Assembly (NCBI GenBank): GCA_041288045.1
Contig: JBGGMM010000167.1
Coordinates: 1-63,939, forward strand
Length of the DNA stretch: 63,939 nucleotides
Origin: Pseudobdellovibrionaceae bacterium
GTDB taxonomy: Bacteria; Bdellovibrionota; Bdellovibrionia; Bdellovibrionales; Bdellovibrionaceae
Direction: 5' to 3'
The notes below the pieces were generated by a model. It searched no databases. It was given only the letters and a program-made list of their open reading frames with translations, and was not told where the DNA came from. Below, piece after piece: positions 28,010 to 36,855 of this stretch (position 1 is the stretch's first letter; each line of letters begins with the position of its first letter). The translations under genes were made by a program, and so were the position numbers.

Positions 28010-29104
28010 TCACCTCAAGGTGTGGATGGGCCTGGGCCAGACACTTTGCTTTTTCATCAAAGGCAGAAAACTGGCTTGTGCCGCAACATCGTTGCATTGG
28101 TCAAACTCTGCTGCAGTAAATCCATAGCTTTGGGCTAGCAGTTGATACTCTTTCAAAAGATTTGAATCAAAAATGCCGGGGTCATCCGAGTTGATGGTTA
28201 CTAAAACCCCCGATTGCATCAACTTTCGGATGGGGTGATCTTGCAAATTCGGGATGGCTTGGGTTAACCAGTTGCTCGTCACACAGAGCTCCAAGGGGAT
28301 TCCCTGTTCGCGAACGAAAGTCACGATGCTTGGGTCTGAAATGATTTGCAGTCCGTGACCGATTCTCTGAGCTCCCAAAATTTGAATGGAATTTTTCACA
28401 TTCTGAGCGGCTTGTGGGATTTTGGCTTCGCCAGCGTGAACCGTAATGTGAAGACCATTTTTCTTGGCCTTTTCAAAGGGCTTTTGAAAAAGCCGGGGGT
28501 CAAATCCCTCTTCATTGTCGGCCAAATCCAAACCGATAAAAAAATCTTTATGGTCAATTGTGAAATCGACCACTTTTTCGGCTTCTGAGACTGGCAAGAT
28601 CCTCTGTATGATCGAAAGAAATCCAACTGCCACTGGCAAATGACTGGCCATTTGGGCGCCTTTGCGAATTCCGTCGAGAATTTTATCAAAATTCAAGTGA
28701 GGGTGCCCCTGCGCAATGAAAGTCGGAGCCCAACGCAACTCGAGAATCTTAATGCCCTCAAGAGAGGCATCTTCAATCGCTTCATAAGTGATCCGAGAGA
28801 GGATCTCCGGACTGCTCAAAACGGCCTGTGTGCGCAGAAATTTTTGCAGCACACTTTCTAGGTCTCTCATCGGTGAGGTGACAAGAAACTCCTCTTTGGT
28901 TTTCTCTAATGTCGAAGGAATCTCAAGGCCTAAATCCTCAGCCAATTCAACAAATGTTGATAGACGCATTGAGCATTCCAAGTGACGGTGCAATTCGACT
29001 TTGGGAATCAACTGCAGAGCTTCAAGAGAGTCCTTGTAAGAGGAATTTGATTGACCAAAATTCATTGAAAAGAGGATAAATTTCACCAGCCCATTTGTAA
29101 ACAT
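28010..29104 (-). CDS. add: Adenosine deaminase
   Basis: VELHRHLECS metal-binding motif, HAGE, SDDPG. The start could instead be ATG 29065. Confidence 0.88.
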   Translation of the reverse strand: MFTNGLVKFILFSMNFGQSNSSYKDSLEALQLIPKVELHRHLECSMRLSTFVELAEDLGLEIPSTLEKTKEEFLVTSPMRDLESVLQKFLRTQAVLSSPEILSRITYEAIEDASLEGIKILELRWAPTFIAQGHPHLNFDKILDGIRKGAQMASHLPVAVGFLSIIQRILPVSEAEKVVDFTIDHKDFFIGLDLADNEEGFDPRLFQKPFEKAKKNGLHITVHAGEAKIPQAAQNVKNSIQILGAQRIGHGLQIISDPSIVTFVREQGIPLELCVTSNWLTQAIPNLQDHPIRKLMQSGVLVTINSDDPGIFDSNLLKEYQLLAQSYGFTAAEFDQCNDVAAQASFLPLMKKQSVWPRPIHTLR

Positions 29105-29127
29105 GATCTCATCAGCCGGAGACCGTC

Positions 29128-31161
29128 ATGACTCAGCCACTTCCTCAGCCCCTGTCGATTCGTCCTCGACTTGCGGAAAATCCTTCACGTGATCCTCATT
29201 ATGCTGTTTCGGTGAAAGGGCCTCAGGGTCCAGTTGCAGCTGCCGACCCACGATCCACCAGAGCTTTGGTGGCTTTGATGGATATGAATGCGGTTTTAGG
29301 TGGTGCTGCCAGTCACTATGGTGGACCGGCAGCTTTTGCTGAGCTGATGTCAGCCGCCCATGCGGCTATGTTTTTGGAGAGCCGCAATCAAAATCGAGTC
29401 TGGCACGAGCTCTTTCATTTTGTGAACGATGCAGGTCACTGTGAAAATGGCCTTTATGCTCTTCGCGCCAATTATGGTTTTGCTGACCTGACTTTTGAAA
29501 AGCTTAAAAAATTTCGTTCCATTGAAAGTCCTCTGACGGGGCATGGGGAGTCGCACCTTTTCCCTGAGGGCGTGCTTTTGAGTAACGGCCCTTTGGGTTC
29601 CGCTTTTCCACAGTCTCAAGGGCTGGCGATGGCAGATTCTCTTGCAGGCAAAAAGCAGCGGGTGACCATCACTGCGATCTCTGATGGAGCTTGCATGGAA
29701 GGTGAAGCGAAAGAGGCTTTTGCTGCCATTCCAGGCTTTGCTCGAACTGGCAAAGTTGCTCCCTACATTCTGATCATTAGCGATAACAACACAGGACTTT
29801 CTGGGCGAATTGATAAGGAAAGTTTTTCGATGAATCCCACTTTTGACTCTTTGTCATCGCTGGGCTGGAAAGTCATGGATTTGCCGGACGGTCATGACTT
29901 GCAGAAGTGCTTTGATGTCATTTGGTCCTCCATTCAAGAGGCGCGTTCGAATCCGGCAGTTCCAATTGCGATTCGAGCCAAGACAATCAAAGGAATTGGT
30001 TCGAAAAAAACAGCCGAATCTTCAACTGGAGGACATGGTTTCCCTCTGAAATCTCCTTCGGAATTGCCAGCTTTTCTCAATGAAATTTATGAAGGCGATT
30101 ATCCAAAAGAATTCAATTCTTGGATTGAAGAGCTTTTGCAGCTTGAGAAAAAAATCAAAGCTGCTGAAAAAAAGCCGGCGGCTCCTGAAGAAAAAATCCA
30201 GGTTGGTGTTTCACAAGCAATGATCAAAGCGATCAAAGCTGGCTATCCGGTTGTTTCAATCACTTCTGATCTTCCCGGCTCGACAGGAGTGGCTGGATTT
30301 CGCAAAGAATTTCCACAGGCCTGCCTCGATGTCGGAGTGGCCGAAAGCAATATGATTTCAACGGCTGCCGGATTTTCAAAAATGGGTTATATTCCAGTGG
30401 TGGATACTTTTGCTCAATTTGGAGTGACCAAAGGCGCCTTGCCTTTGACGATGGCTTCTCTGAGCGATGCGCCGATGATCTGCGTTTTCTCGCACACTGG
30501 ATTTCAAGACGCCGCAGATGGCGCTTCTCATCAGGCCCTGAGTTATTTGTCCATGCTTTCGTCAATTCCACATCTTGATATTTATTGCCTGACTTGCAGT
30601 GAAGAAGCTGAAAGCTTGATGACTCAAACCATTGAGGCGTTCGCAACTGAACGCAAAGCCGGAAAGATCCCTCACAGCAAAGTTTTCTTTTTGGGCCGAG
30701 AGAATTTTCCAAAGGCCTTTGCGCCCCAAGCTTCTTATGATTTGAAGCGGGCCCAAGTGGTTCGAGATGAATCAAAGGCAGGAGCATCTGTCACACTGCT
30801 GGCGTCAGGATCTTGTTTGGTGCAAGCCATGGAAGCAGCTGAGAGTTTGAAATCCCAAGGCAAAGGTGTTGTGGTGATCAATCCAGGTCTTCATAATCAT
30901 TTGGACACAGCAACTTTGAAAGATGCTTTGAAGAAAACAGATGGACGATTGATTGTGATCGAAGATCATCAAAGAATCGGTGGCCTGGCTCAAATGACAG
31001 CTTTTGCACTGGCAGAAGCTGGAGTGCAGGTGAAACTGAAATCTCTGGCGGTTGCTGGAGAGTTTGGCCAAAGCGCTTACTCCGCACAAGAGCTTTATCG
31101 CAAACACAAAATGGATGCCTCTAGTATTTTGGAAGCTGCTTCGGAGCTTTTGAAGGCCTGA
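29128..31161 (+). CDS. Transketolase-family ThDP enzyme (fused N- and C-terminal halves, divergent N-terminus)
   Basis: ThDP motif SDGACMEGEAKEA...ILIISDNN. Pyrimidine-binding half (DVGVAESNM, VDTFAQF) and a C-terminal transketolase domain. SHYGG replaces the canonical GHxG. Confidence 0.75.
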   Translation: MTQPLPQPLSIRPRLAENPSRDPHYAVSVKGPQGPVAAADPRSTRALVALMDMNAVLGGAASHYGGPAAFAELMSAAHAAMFLESRNQNRVWHELFHFVNDAGHCENGLYALRANYGFADLTFEKLKKFRSIESPLTGHGESHLFPEGVLLSNGPLGSAFPQSQGLAMADSLAGKKQRVTITAISDGACMEGEAKEAFAAIPGFARTGKVAPYILIISDNNTGLSGRIDKESFSMNPTFDSLSSLGWKVMDLPDGHDLQKCFDVIWSSIQEARSNPAVPIAIRAKTIKGIGSKKTAESSTGGHGFPLKSPSELPAFLNEIYEGDYPKEFNSWIEELLQLEKKIKAAEKKPAAPEEKIQVGVSQAMIKAIKAGYPVVSITSDLPGSTGVAGFRKEFPQACLDVGVAESNMISTAAGFSKMGYIPVVDTFAQFGVTKGALPLTMASLSDAPMICVFSHTGFQDAADGASHQALSYLSMLSSIPHLDIYCLTCSEEAESLMTQTIEAFATERKAGKIPHSKVFFLGRENFPKAFAPQASYDLKRAQVVRDESKAGASVTLLASGSCLVQAMEAAESLKSQGKGVVVINPGLHNHLDTATLKDALKKTDGRLIVIEDHQRIGGLAQMTAFALAEAGVQVKLKSLAVAGEFGQSAYSAQELYRKHKMDASSILEAASELLKA

Positions 31162-31206
31162 CGAATCGGGCTTCGCACATCACTTTGCCAAACGAATTCG
31201 GGACGA

Positions 31207-31352
31207 GTGTCCATCCATGATGTTGTCCGTTGGTATGGTGTGCCGACGGACAACATCGTGGATGGATGGTCTCGAGTACAGCGGTGACGAAGATAAACGT
31301 GCGTGTGTCCGTCCATGCGAAGGCTCCCAGACGACCATCGTGGTCGTCTGGC
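31207..31352. repeat. Hairpin-dense intergenic element: 21-bp inverted repeat plus an 11-bp GC-rich hairpin
   Basis: 31210-31230 pairs with 31246-31266 (21 bp, one G-U, 15-nt loop). 31327-31337 pairs with 31341-31351. Direct repeat GTGTCC[A/G]TCCATG at 31207 and 31305; CATCGTGG at 31254 and 31336. No U-tracts. Confidence 0.6.
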
Positions 31353-31394
31353 AAGTTGAAGGAAAAGGCGATAAATGTGAAGTTGGTTGCGGCT

Positions 31395-32693
31395 TTAAGG
31401 CTTTTCTTCTGCTTTTGGTTCGGATTTTGTTTCTGTTTCAGGTTTTGGTTCGGGCGCAGTTGCGGATGGTCTTTGGCGGTTTTGTTGAGACCTTCTCGGG
31501 TTTTGGTCGCGAGAACCTTGAGGTTGATTCATCTGTTGCAATTGCTCTTGCCAGAACCAGTAGGCTGCGGCTGATAGATGGTGTTCGACTTTGGCGACTC
31601 GGAGAGCGATCGGTAGCGATTCGTTTTTGAGGAATGCTTGCTGTCTGCGAAAGCCGCGGCGTCTGAAAGTGTCGATTTGGTCAAGCTGAGATAAAAGTTC
31701 CAAGCAACCAAAGACAACGGCCTGTTCGGCTTTGAACATCATCAATTCGTCTTTCATCAATTTGTTCAAAAGAGGCTCGGCTTCAGGGTGGCCTTCCATT
31801 GCTCGTTGGTAAGCCAGCACGACGGGAGTGTAGATTTCTGTGGGTTTTGAAGAATCGACGCAGATTTCTTCGAGACGATGTAGATAATGCAGAAAAATTT
31901 CCCGGCGATTATGGTCTTCAAAGACAGGTTTCAAACTTGGCAGAATCCAGTCCATCAGTCCCAAATCCCAAAGCTCCATCCAGGCGGGAACTGGATCGGG
32001 GAGTCTGAGAAATTTCAAATACTCTTCACGGCGGCGAGGCAAAACCGATTTGGAAACTTCGGAGGCATTTTTTTGAATGGCATCACGAAGGGACTCTTCA
32101 ATTCGAAAATGCAATTTGTGAGACAAACGAATGGCGCGAAGACTTCGAATTGGATCTTCGACAATGCGAGCGGCTGGATCGCCAATCATCCGTAAAGTTC
32201 GTGATTGGATGTCTTTCAAGCCATCAATGAAATCAATCAGCTCATCTTTGATGGGATCATAAAAAAGGGCATTGATCGTGAAGTCGCGACGAACGGCATC
32301 TTGTTCAGGAGTACCAAAAAAATTGTCTCCTTGAATCGGTGGCGGAGTCAGTTCGTCGTCCAGTGGCTGATCCGAAGGTGGCGGCAGATCATCAGGTGTG
32401 CTTTCGCGTCTAAAAGTCGCCACTTCGTATTGTTGGTCGCCACGTTTGACTAGGACTAGGCGAAATCTTCGGCCGATGACATAGCTGCCCCAGACTTTTC
32501 GCTTCACTTGGTTGGGTTCAGCGTTGGTGGCAATGTCATAGTCTTTAGGATGCAGACCGGCCAAGAGGTCTCGCACGCAACCGCCCACCAAATAGGTTGC
32601 GAATCCCTCTCTTTGAAGGACTCGAACGATTTCTTTGGCATTTGGGTCAATCCAGCTTGCGTGCAGCTTGGGTTTTTGCTTAATTTCCACCAT
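31395..32693 (-). CDS. pcnB: Poly(A) polymerase I / tRNA nucleotidyltransferase-family enzyme
   Basis: YLVGGCVRDLLAG...DYDIAT catalytic motif, RRDFTINALFYD. Basic/acidic low-complexity C-terminal tail. Confidence 0.85.
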   Translation of the reverse strand: MVEIKQKPKLHASWIDPNAKEIVRVLQREGFATYLVGGCVRDLLAGLHPKDYDIATNAEPNQVKRKVWGSYVIGRRFRLVLVKRGDQQYEVATFRRESTPDDLPPPSDQPLDDELTPPPIQGDNFFGTPEQDAVRRDFTINALFYDPIKDELIDFIDGLKDIQSRTLRMIGDPAARIVEDPIRSLRAIRLSHKLHFRIEESLRDAIQKNASEVSKSVLPRRREEYLKFLRLPDPVPAWMELWDLGLMDWILPSLKPVFEDHNRREIFLHYLHRLEEICVDSSKPTEIYTPVVLAYQRAMEGHPEAEPLLNKLMKDELMMFKAEQAVVFGCLELLSQLDQIDTFRRRGFRRQQAFLKNESLPIALRVAKVEHHLSAAAYWFWQEQLQQMNQPQGSRDQNPRRSQQNRQRPSATAPEPKPETETKSEPKAEEKP

Positions 32694-32708
32694 ACAGAAA
32701 GACTCTTT

Positions 32709-33533
32709 ATGTCATCTTATCTTTCTCAATTCAATTATCAAATCAATGGGCCCTCAGAAGGTCGACGGTGGGTGTTTTTGCATGGTTTGATGGGATATGC
32801 CATGAATTGGCGACGAATTGTGACAGGTCTCACCTCCACTGAGCAGGTTTTGACATTTGATCAGCGCGGCCATGGAAAATCCTGGAAACCGCTGACAGGC
32901 TATGCCGCCGAAGATTATGCGGATGATGTTTATTTGATCACTCAAGAACTTGGCTGGGATCGATTTATTCTTGTTGGCCACTCCATGGGCGGCAGAAATG
33001 CGCTTGAATTTGCTCATCGATTTCCAGAAAAAGTGGAAAAGCTGGTGATTGAAGATATTGGTCCAGAAGGAGACGCTTCGGCTCCTGATTACTATCGCTG
33101 GCTGTTTGGATTGATTCCAACTCCGTTCGTGAACAAGCTTCGGGCCAAAGAGTTTTTCATGAATGAGTTTAAGCCTTTGGTGAAGGATCGAAGCGAAAAC
33201 CCGGACACTTTAGGGCAATACCTCTATTCCAACATCGTCGAAACACCTGAAGGAACTGCTGATTGGCGTTTTTCCAAAGATGCCATGATAGCCACTGTGA
33301 TCCAGGGTCGAGCCAAAGATCGATGGGATGTGCTTCGAAGTCTGCCAATGCCCACTTTAGTGATTCGCGGCGAGCGATCCAAAGAGCTTTCAAGGGAGAT
33401 TTATCAACAAATGCTTTTTTCCAATCCGCGAGTTCAAGGTGTTGAAATTCCTAATGCAGGGCATTGGGTGCATTCGGATCAACCTGAGGAGTTTCTGCAG
33501 GTGATTCGAAAGTTTACAGATCTGCCTTCTTAA
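32709..33533 (+). CDS. Alpha/beta hydrolase (YbfF-like esterase)
   Basis: FLHGLMG, FDQRGHGKS, GHSMGG. Start trimmed to ATG 32709 (the track's extension overlaps pcnB antisense). Confidence 0.8.
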   Translation: MSSYLSQFNYQINGPSEGRRWVFLHGLMGYAMNWRRIVTGLTSTEQVLTFDQRGHGKSWKPLTGYAAEDYADDVYLITQELGWDRFILVGHSMGGRNALEFAHRFPEKVEKLVIEDIGPEGDASAPDYYRWLFGLIPTPFVNKLRAKEFFMNEFKPLVKDRSENPDTLGQYLYSNIVETPEGTADWRFSKDAMIATVIQGRAKDRWDVLRSLPMPTLVIRGERSKELSREIYQQMLFSNPRVQGVEIPNAGHWVHSDQPEEFLQVIRKFTDLPS

Positions 33534-33591
33534 GATAGGTTGGGCCTTTATCGCGCCATAATGGCGAGTGATCAACGTTGAGGACTGACTT

Positions 33592-35280
33592 TTGAAATTC
33601 GCCGATCTAAATCTTGAACCCAGTTTAAATACTTCCATTGAAAAGTTAGGTTTTGACGAGTCGACTCCGATTCAAACCGCCGTTTTCCCGCACATTTTTG
33701 AAGGCAAAGATGTGGCCGGCTTGGCGCAAACAGGCACCGGCAAAACAGCTGCTTTTCTGATTCCTTTGATGGATCGGATTTTAAAGGGCCGAGTGCAAAC
33801 TCAGGCGCTTTCTGATGAACAAAAAGCAATGCTAGCGAAAAGATCCTTTCAGGATTGGCGTGCCAATCAATTTATTTTGATTTTGGTGCCGACTCGGGAA
33901 TTGGCTGAGCAAGTTCATGAAAATATTCTGAAACTTGGCGAAGCCTCAGGATTGCGCGGGGCCGCTGTTTATGGTGGCACTGGTTATGACAAACAAAAAG
34001 AAGCTTTTAAAAACCAAGTTGAATTTGTTGTCGCGACTCCGGGCCGATTGATTGATCTCTACAAAGAACATGTTGTTGATCTCAAGCAAGTGCGAGCGAT
34101 TATTTTCGATGAAGCCGATCGAATGTTCGATATGGGTTTTAAAGACGACATGAAATACATTCTCTCTCGAGTGCCTCGGGAGAGACAGTTTCTCGTTTTC
34201 AGCGCCACTTTGAATTTTGATGTTCTCAATACGGCTTATCAGTTTGGGGCCGAGCCAGTTGAAGTCGATGTCAGTCGAGATCAAGCGAAAGCTGAAAACG
34301 TCAAAGACGAAATTTTTCACGTTGGCCATGAAGATAAGCCCATGTATTTGCTTTCGCTTTTGAAGAAGTACAATCCGAAACAAGCGATCATCTTTAGCAA
34401 TTTCAAATTCAATGTTGAAAAAGTGGCTCGTTTTCTGTCTGAAAATGGTGTCCATGCCATGGGGATTTCAAGTCTTCTCACTCAAGCTCAGCGCAACCGG
34501 GTGATGGAGCAATTCAAGGCTGACAATGAAAAGAACATTCTGGTCGCAACTGATGTCGCTGCCAGAGGTTTGGACATCAAAGGCGTTGATCTCGTCATCA
34601 ATTATGAATTGCCTCAAGATGCCGAGTCTTATGTTCATCGCATTGGTCGAACCGGCCGTGCAGGAGCTGAAGGTCGGGCCTTTTCTTTGGTGAGTGACCG
34701 AGATGTGGAATCTCTGTCTCGAATCGAAGATTATCTCAAGCACAAAGTCGACATTGGTTGGATTGAAGAAACAGACCTCATTCGCGAATTCAAAGCTTTT
34801 CCTCATTATGATGAGGGCGGTGGAGGTCGCGAAAAACCATTCTCACGCGACAGTCGTGGGCCTCGCCCTTCGCGAGGGGGACCTCGAGGTGAAAGAGGGG
34901 ACCGTCGTCCACGCCGAGACGGAGATCGCCCAGGAGGAGGCCCACGCGGACCTCGATCTGAGCACCGAGGTGAAAGCCGACAAGATTACAGAGGTGAGAA
35001 CCGGCAAGAGGGTCGTCGAAATGATCGTCCTCAGCAATCTCATCAAAGCGAGCAACAAGGGCGCAGACACCAACCTCGCGGAGAGGCTCGGCAGAGCAGA
35101 CCTCATCAACAGGGAAATCAAAGACGTCATCAGCGCAGTGAAAATGGCTCACAACATTCGCAGCCAAGACGTCATCAACAGCAACCAAGACAACAAAAAA
35201 GCCAACAGACTCCTCCAGCGGGATTGGTGAAAAAAGTCAGTGGGTTTTTCAAAAAGCTTTGGGGCGACAAAAGCACTTAA
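33592..35280 (+). CDS. DEAD-box ATP-dependent RNA helicase with an RG/Q-rich disordered C-terminal tail
   Basis: Q-motif region, AQTGTGKT, DEAD (FDEADRM), SAT, HRIGRTGRAG. About 155-aa R/G/Q/E tail ending in GLVKKVSGFFKKLWG. TTG start. Confidence 0.9.
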   Translation: MKFADLNLEPSLNTSIEKLGFDESTPIQTAVFPHIFEGKDVAGLAQTGTGKTAAFLIPLMDRILKGRVQTQALSDEQKAMLAKRSFQDWRANQFILILVPTRELAEQVHENILKLGEASGLRGAAVYGGTGYDKQKEAFKNQVEFVVATPGRLIDLYKEHVVDLKQVRAIIFDEADRMFDMGFKDDMKYILSRVPRERQFLVFSATLNFDVLNTAYQFGAEPVEVDVSRDQAKAENVKDEIFHVGHEDKPMYLLSLLKKYNPKQAIIFSNFKFNVEKVARFLSENGVHAMGISSLLTQAQRNRVMEQFKADNEKNILVATDVAARGLDIKGVDLVINYELPQDAESYVHRIGRTGRAGAEGRAFSLVSDRDVESLSRIEDYLKHKVDIGWIEETDLIREFKAFPHYDEGGGGREKPFSRDSRGPRPSRGGPRGERGDRRPRRDGDRPGGGPRGPRSEHRGESRQDYRGENRQEGRRNDRPQQSHQSEQQGRRHQPRGEARQSRPHQQGNQRRHQRSENGSQHSQPRRHQQQPRQQKSQQTPPAGLVKKVSGFFKKLWGDKST

Positions 35281-35295
35281 ATTTCTAGGAAAAAA

Positions 35296-36192
35296 ATGAA
35301 GAATTTAATTTTACTTCTGCTGACCACATTCACTGTTGTCAGCAGTCAAGCGGCCCTCGTGTATGTTCCCTCTCGTTTCAGAGCCCAACAAGCCAAGCTT
35401 GTCGTTGTCATTCACGGGTGTTTGCAATCTCCCGAAGTCATGGCATTTGGGGCGGGATGGAATCAACTGGCTGAACAGAATCAATTTTTAGTTCTTTACC
35501 CCGAAGTCCCTCAGGGGACTCATCCACTGGGGTGCTGGGGTTGGTATTTGCCGGAAAATCAAAGAAAAGATTCTGGTCAGCTCAAAATGATCATGGATGA
35601 AATCAAATCCGTGAAAAAAACTTATCAGTTGAAAAATCCAGAGGTGTATTTGACCGGGGTTTCTTCGGGCGGAGCGACAGTTGCAGGTCTCATGGCCTGC
35701 TTTCCCAAAGATTTCAAAGCAGGCGCCATTCACTCTGGCGGTTCTTATGGTTTGGTTCAAGACATGGCGAGTGCTGAAAAGTTGATGAAAGAAGGTCCAC
35801 CTGAAGCTACGACCAAAGGGCCCTGCAAGCCGCAGGATTATAAAGGGGCTGTTTTCGTCATTCATGGAAATCAAGATCCAGTTGTGAACATGAAAAATGC
35901 CGAGCGCATTTTGCTGGATTTTGCGGGTCCCATGAAAGATCCGGGAAAAAAAGAAGTCAGAGAGGGTTATACAATCACGGATGTGCCCGGTGTTTCCGGA
36001 ATTCGACGTGGACGATTGGTGATGGTTGAAGGATTAGGGCATGCTTGGTCTGGATCGACAGACAATTTGAAGCACTCACAAATGCTGGGACCTCAAGGTA
36101 AATTTCCTACGGTGATTCCTTTTTTCAGTGAGAAAGGTCCCAACGCCACACAGATGATGTGGGATTTTTTCCAGGAAGTTTCTAAAAAATAG
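35296..36192 (+). CDS. PHB-depolymerase-family esterase (secreted)
   Basis: Signal peptide, VVVIHGCLQS, YPE...GCWGWY, GVSSGG nucleophile elbow. Confidence 0.8.
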   Translation: MKNLILLLLTTFTVVSSQAALVYVPSRFRAQQAKLVVVIHGCLQSPEVMAFGAGWNQLAEQNQFLVLYPEVPQGTHPLGCWGWYLPENQRKDSGQLKMIMDEIKSVKKTYQLKNPEVYLTGVSSGGATVAGLMACFPKDFKAGAIHSGGSYGLVQDMASAEKLMKEGPPEATTKGPCKPQDYKGAVFVIHGNQDPVVNMKNAERILLDFAGPMKDPGKKEVREGYTITDVPGVSGIRRGRLVMVEGLGHAWSGSTDNLKHSQMLGPQGKFPTVIPFFSEKGPNATQMMWDFFQEVSKK

Positions 36193-36197
36193 TTTTC

Positions 36198-36770
36198 TTA
36201 ATTGATTTTGGAGTTGGGCTTATTGTCTGTCCATTCAAAGGACTTTGAGATCTGATTGCAACTGAGGATGGTTTGTGAAAAAAACTTTTGCGTGTCTCGG
36301 CAAGTGAGCACGACAGCTTTTTTGTTTTTCACGAAAAGCACCTGTCGAAGTTGCTGGTTGGATTTTTTGTGAAGAAGATCAACGACCAGTCCTTTCGAGC
36401 CATTTTGAAAAAAGGGCTGGGTTCCTAAGACTTCGAATCCGTAATTGGAATAATCTTTCATCCATCTTTTGGTATAATTTTCAAGGCTGAGATCGGCCTT
36501 TAAGATCTCTGTTCGAACAGCCAAAGAGCCAGTGCTTGAGTTGGGTTTTAAATAGCGAACTTGTTCGTCGTCTTCGCCTTGGGGAGCCGCCAACTGCCAG
36601 CCTGTTGTTCCGGCTTTCAACTGAAAGCCCTGTCTTTTCCAAAAGAGACCCATTTCTGGCGCAACGAGCAAAGAAGAGCCTGTGCCCGGCATGGGAGCTG
36701 CGAAAGCTGCAGAAGAGATTAGGAAAAGGGCAAACAGCTGAGCTCTGTAAGGAAATGATTTGATGACCAT
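36198..36770 (-). CDS. Hypothetical secreted protein
   Basis: Signal peptide (LFALFLISSAAFAAP). No recognisable motifs. Confidence 0.5.
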   Translation of the reverse strand: MVIKSFPYRAQLFALFLISSAAFAAPMPGTGSSLLVAPEMGLFWKRQGFQLKAGTTGWQLAAPQGEDDEQVRYLKPNSSTGSLAVRTEILKADLSLENYTKRWMKDYSNYGFEVLGTQPFFQNGSKGLVVDLLHKKSNQQLRQVLFVKNKKAVVLTCRDTQKFFSQTILSCNQISKSFEWTDNKPNSKIN

Positions 36771-36855
36771 AGTTTAGTTTTATTTGAAATTTTCCAAGCC
36801 TGCCAGTAGTTTCCGCACGGGCTGAGCCCAGAATCACTGATATTTGGAGGGTTTC

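Noticed and set aside
29945-29954. tRNA T-loop-like GTTCGAATCC
   Set aside because: It lies inside the transketolase-like CDS. The flanking bases cannot form a T-stem or an acceptor stem. I found no tRNA-like cloverleaf anywhere in the window.
31095-31630. ORFs 31217-31630(+), 31230-31574(+), 31095-31316(-) and 31121-31354(-) in and around the tkt-pcnB spacer
   Set aside because: They run through inverted repeats or antisense to the pcnB tail. Their products are Cys/Trp/Arg-rich nonsense with no RBS. The region is better explained as a structured non-coding element plus the pcnB 3' end.
34694-35230. Several 95-178-aa ORFs on both strands over the helicase 3' region
   Set aside because: They are by-products of the repetitive GC-rich RG/Q-tail coding DNA. 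The helicase frame is continuous with the conserved core upstream.
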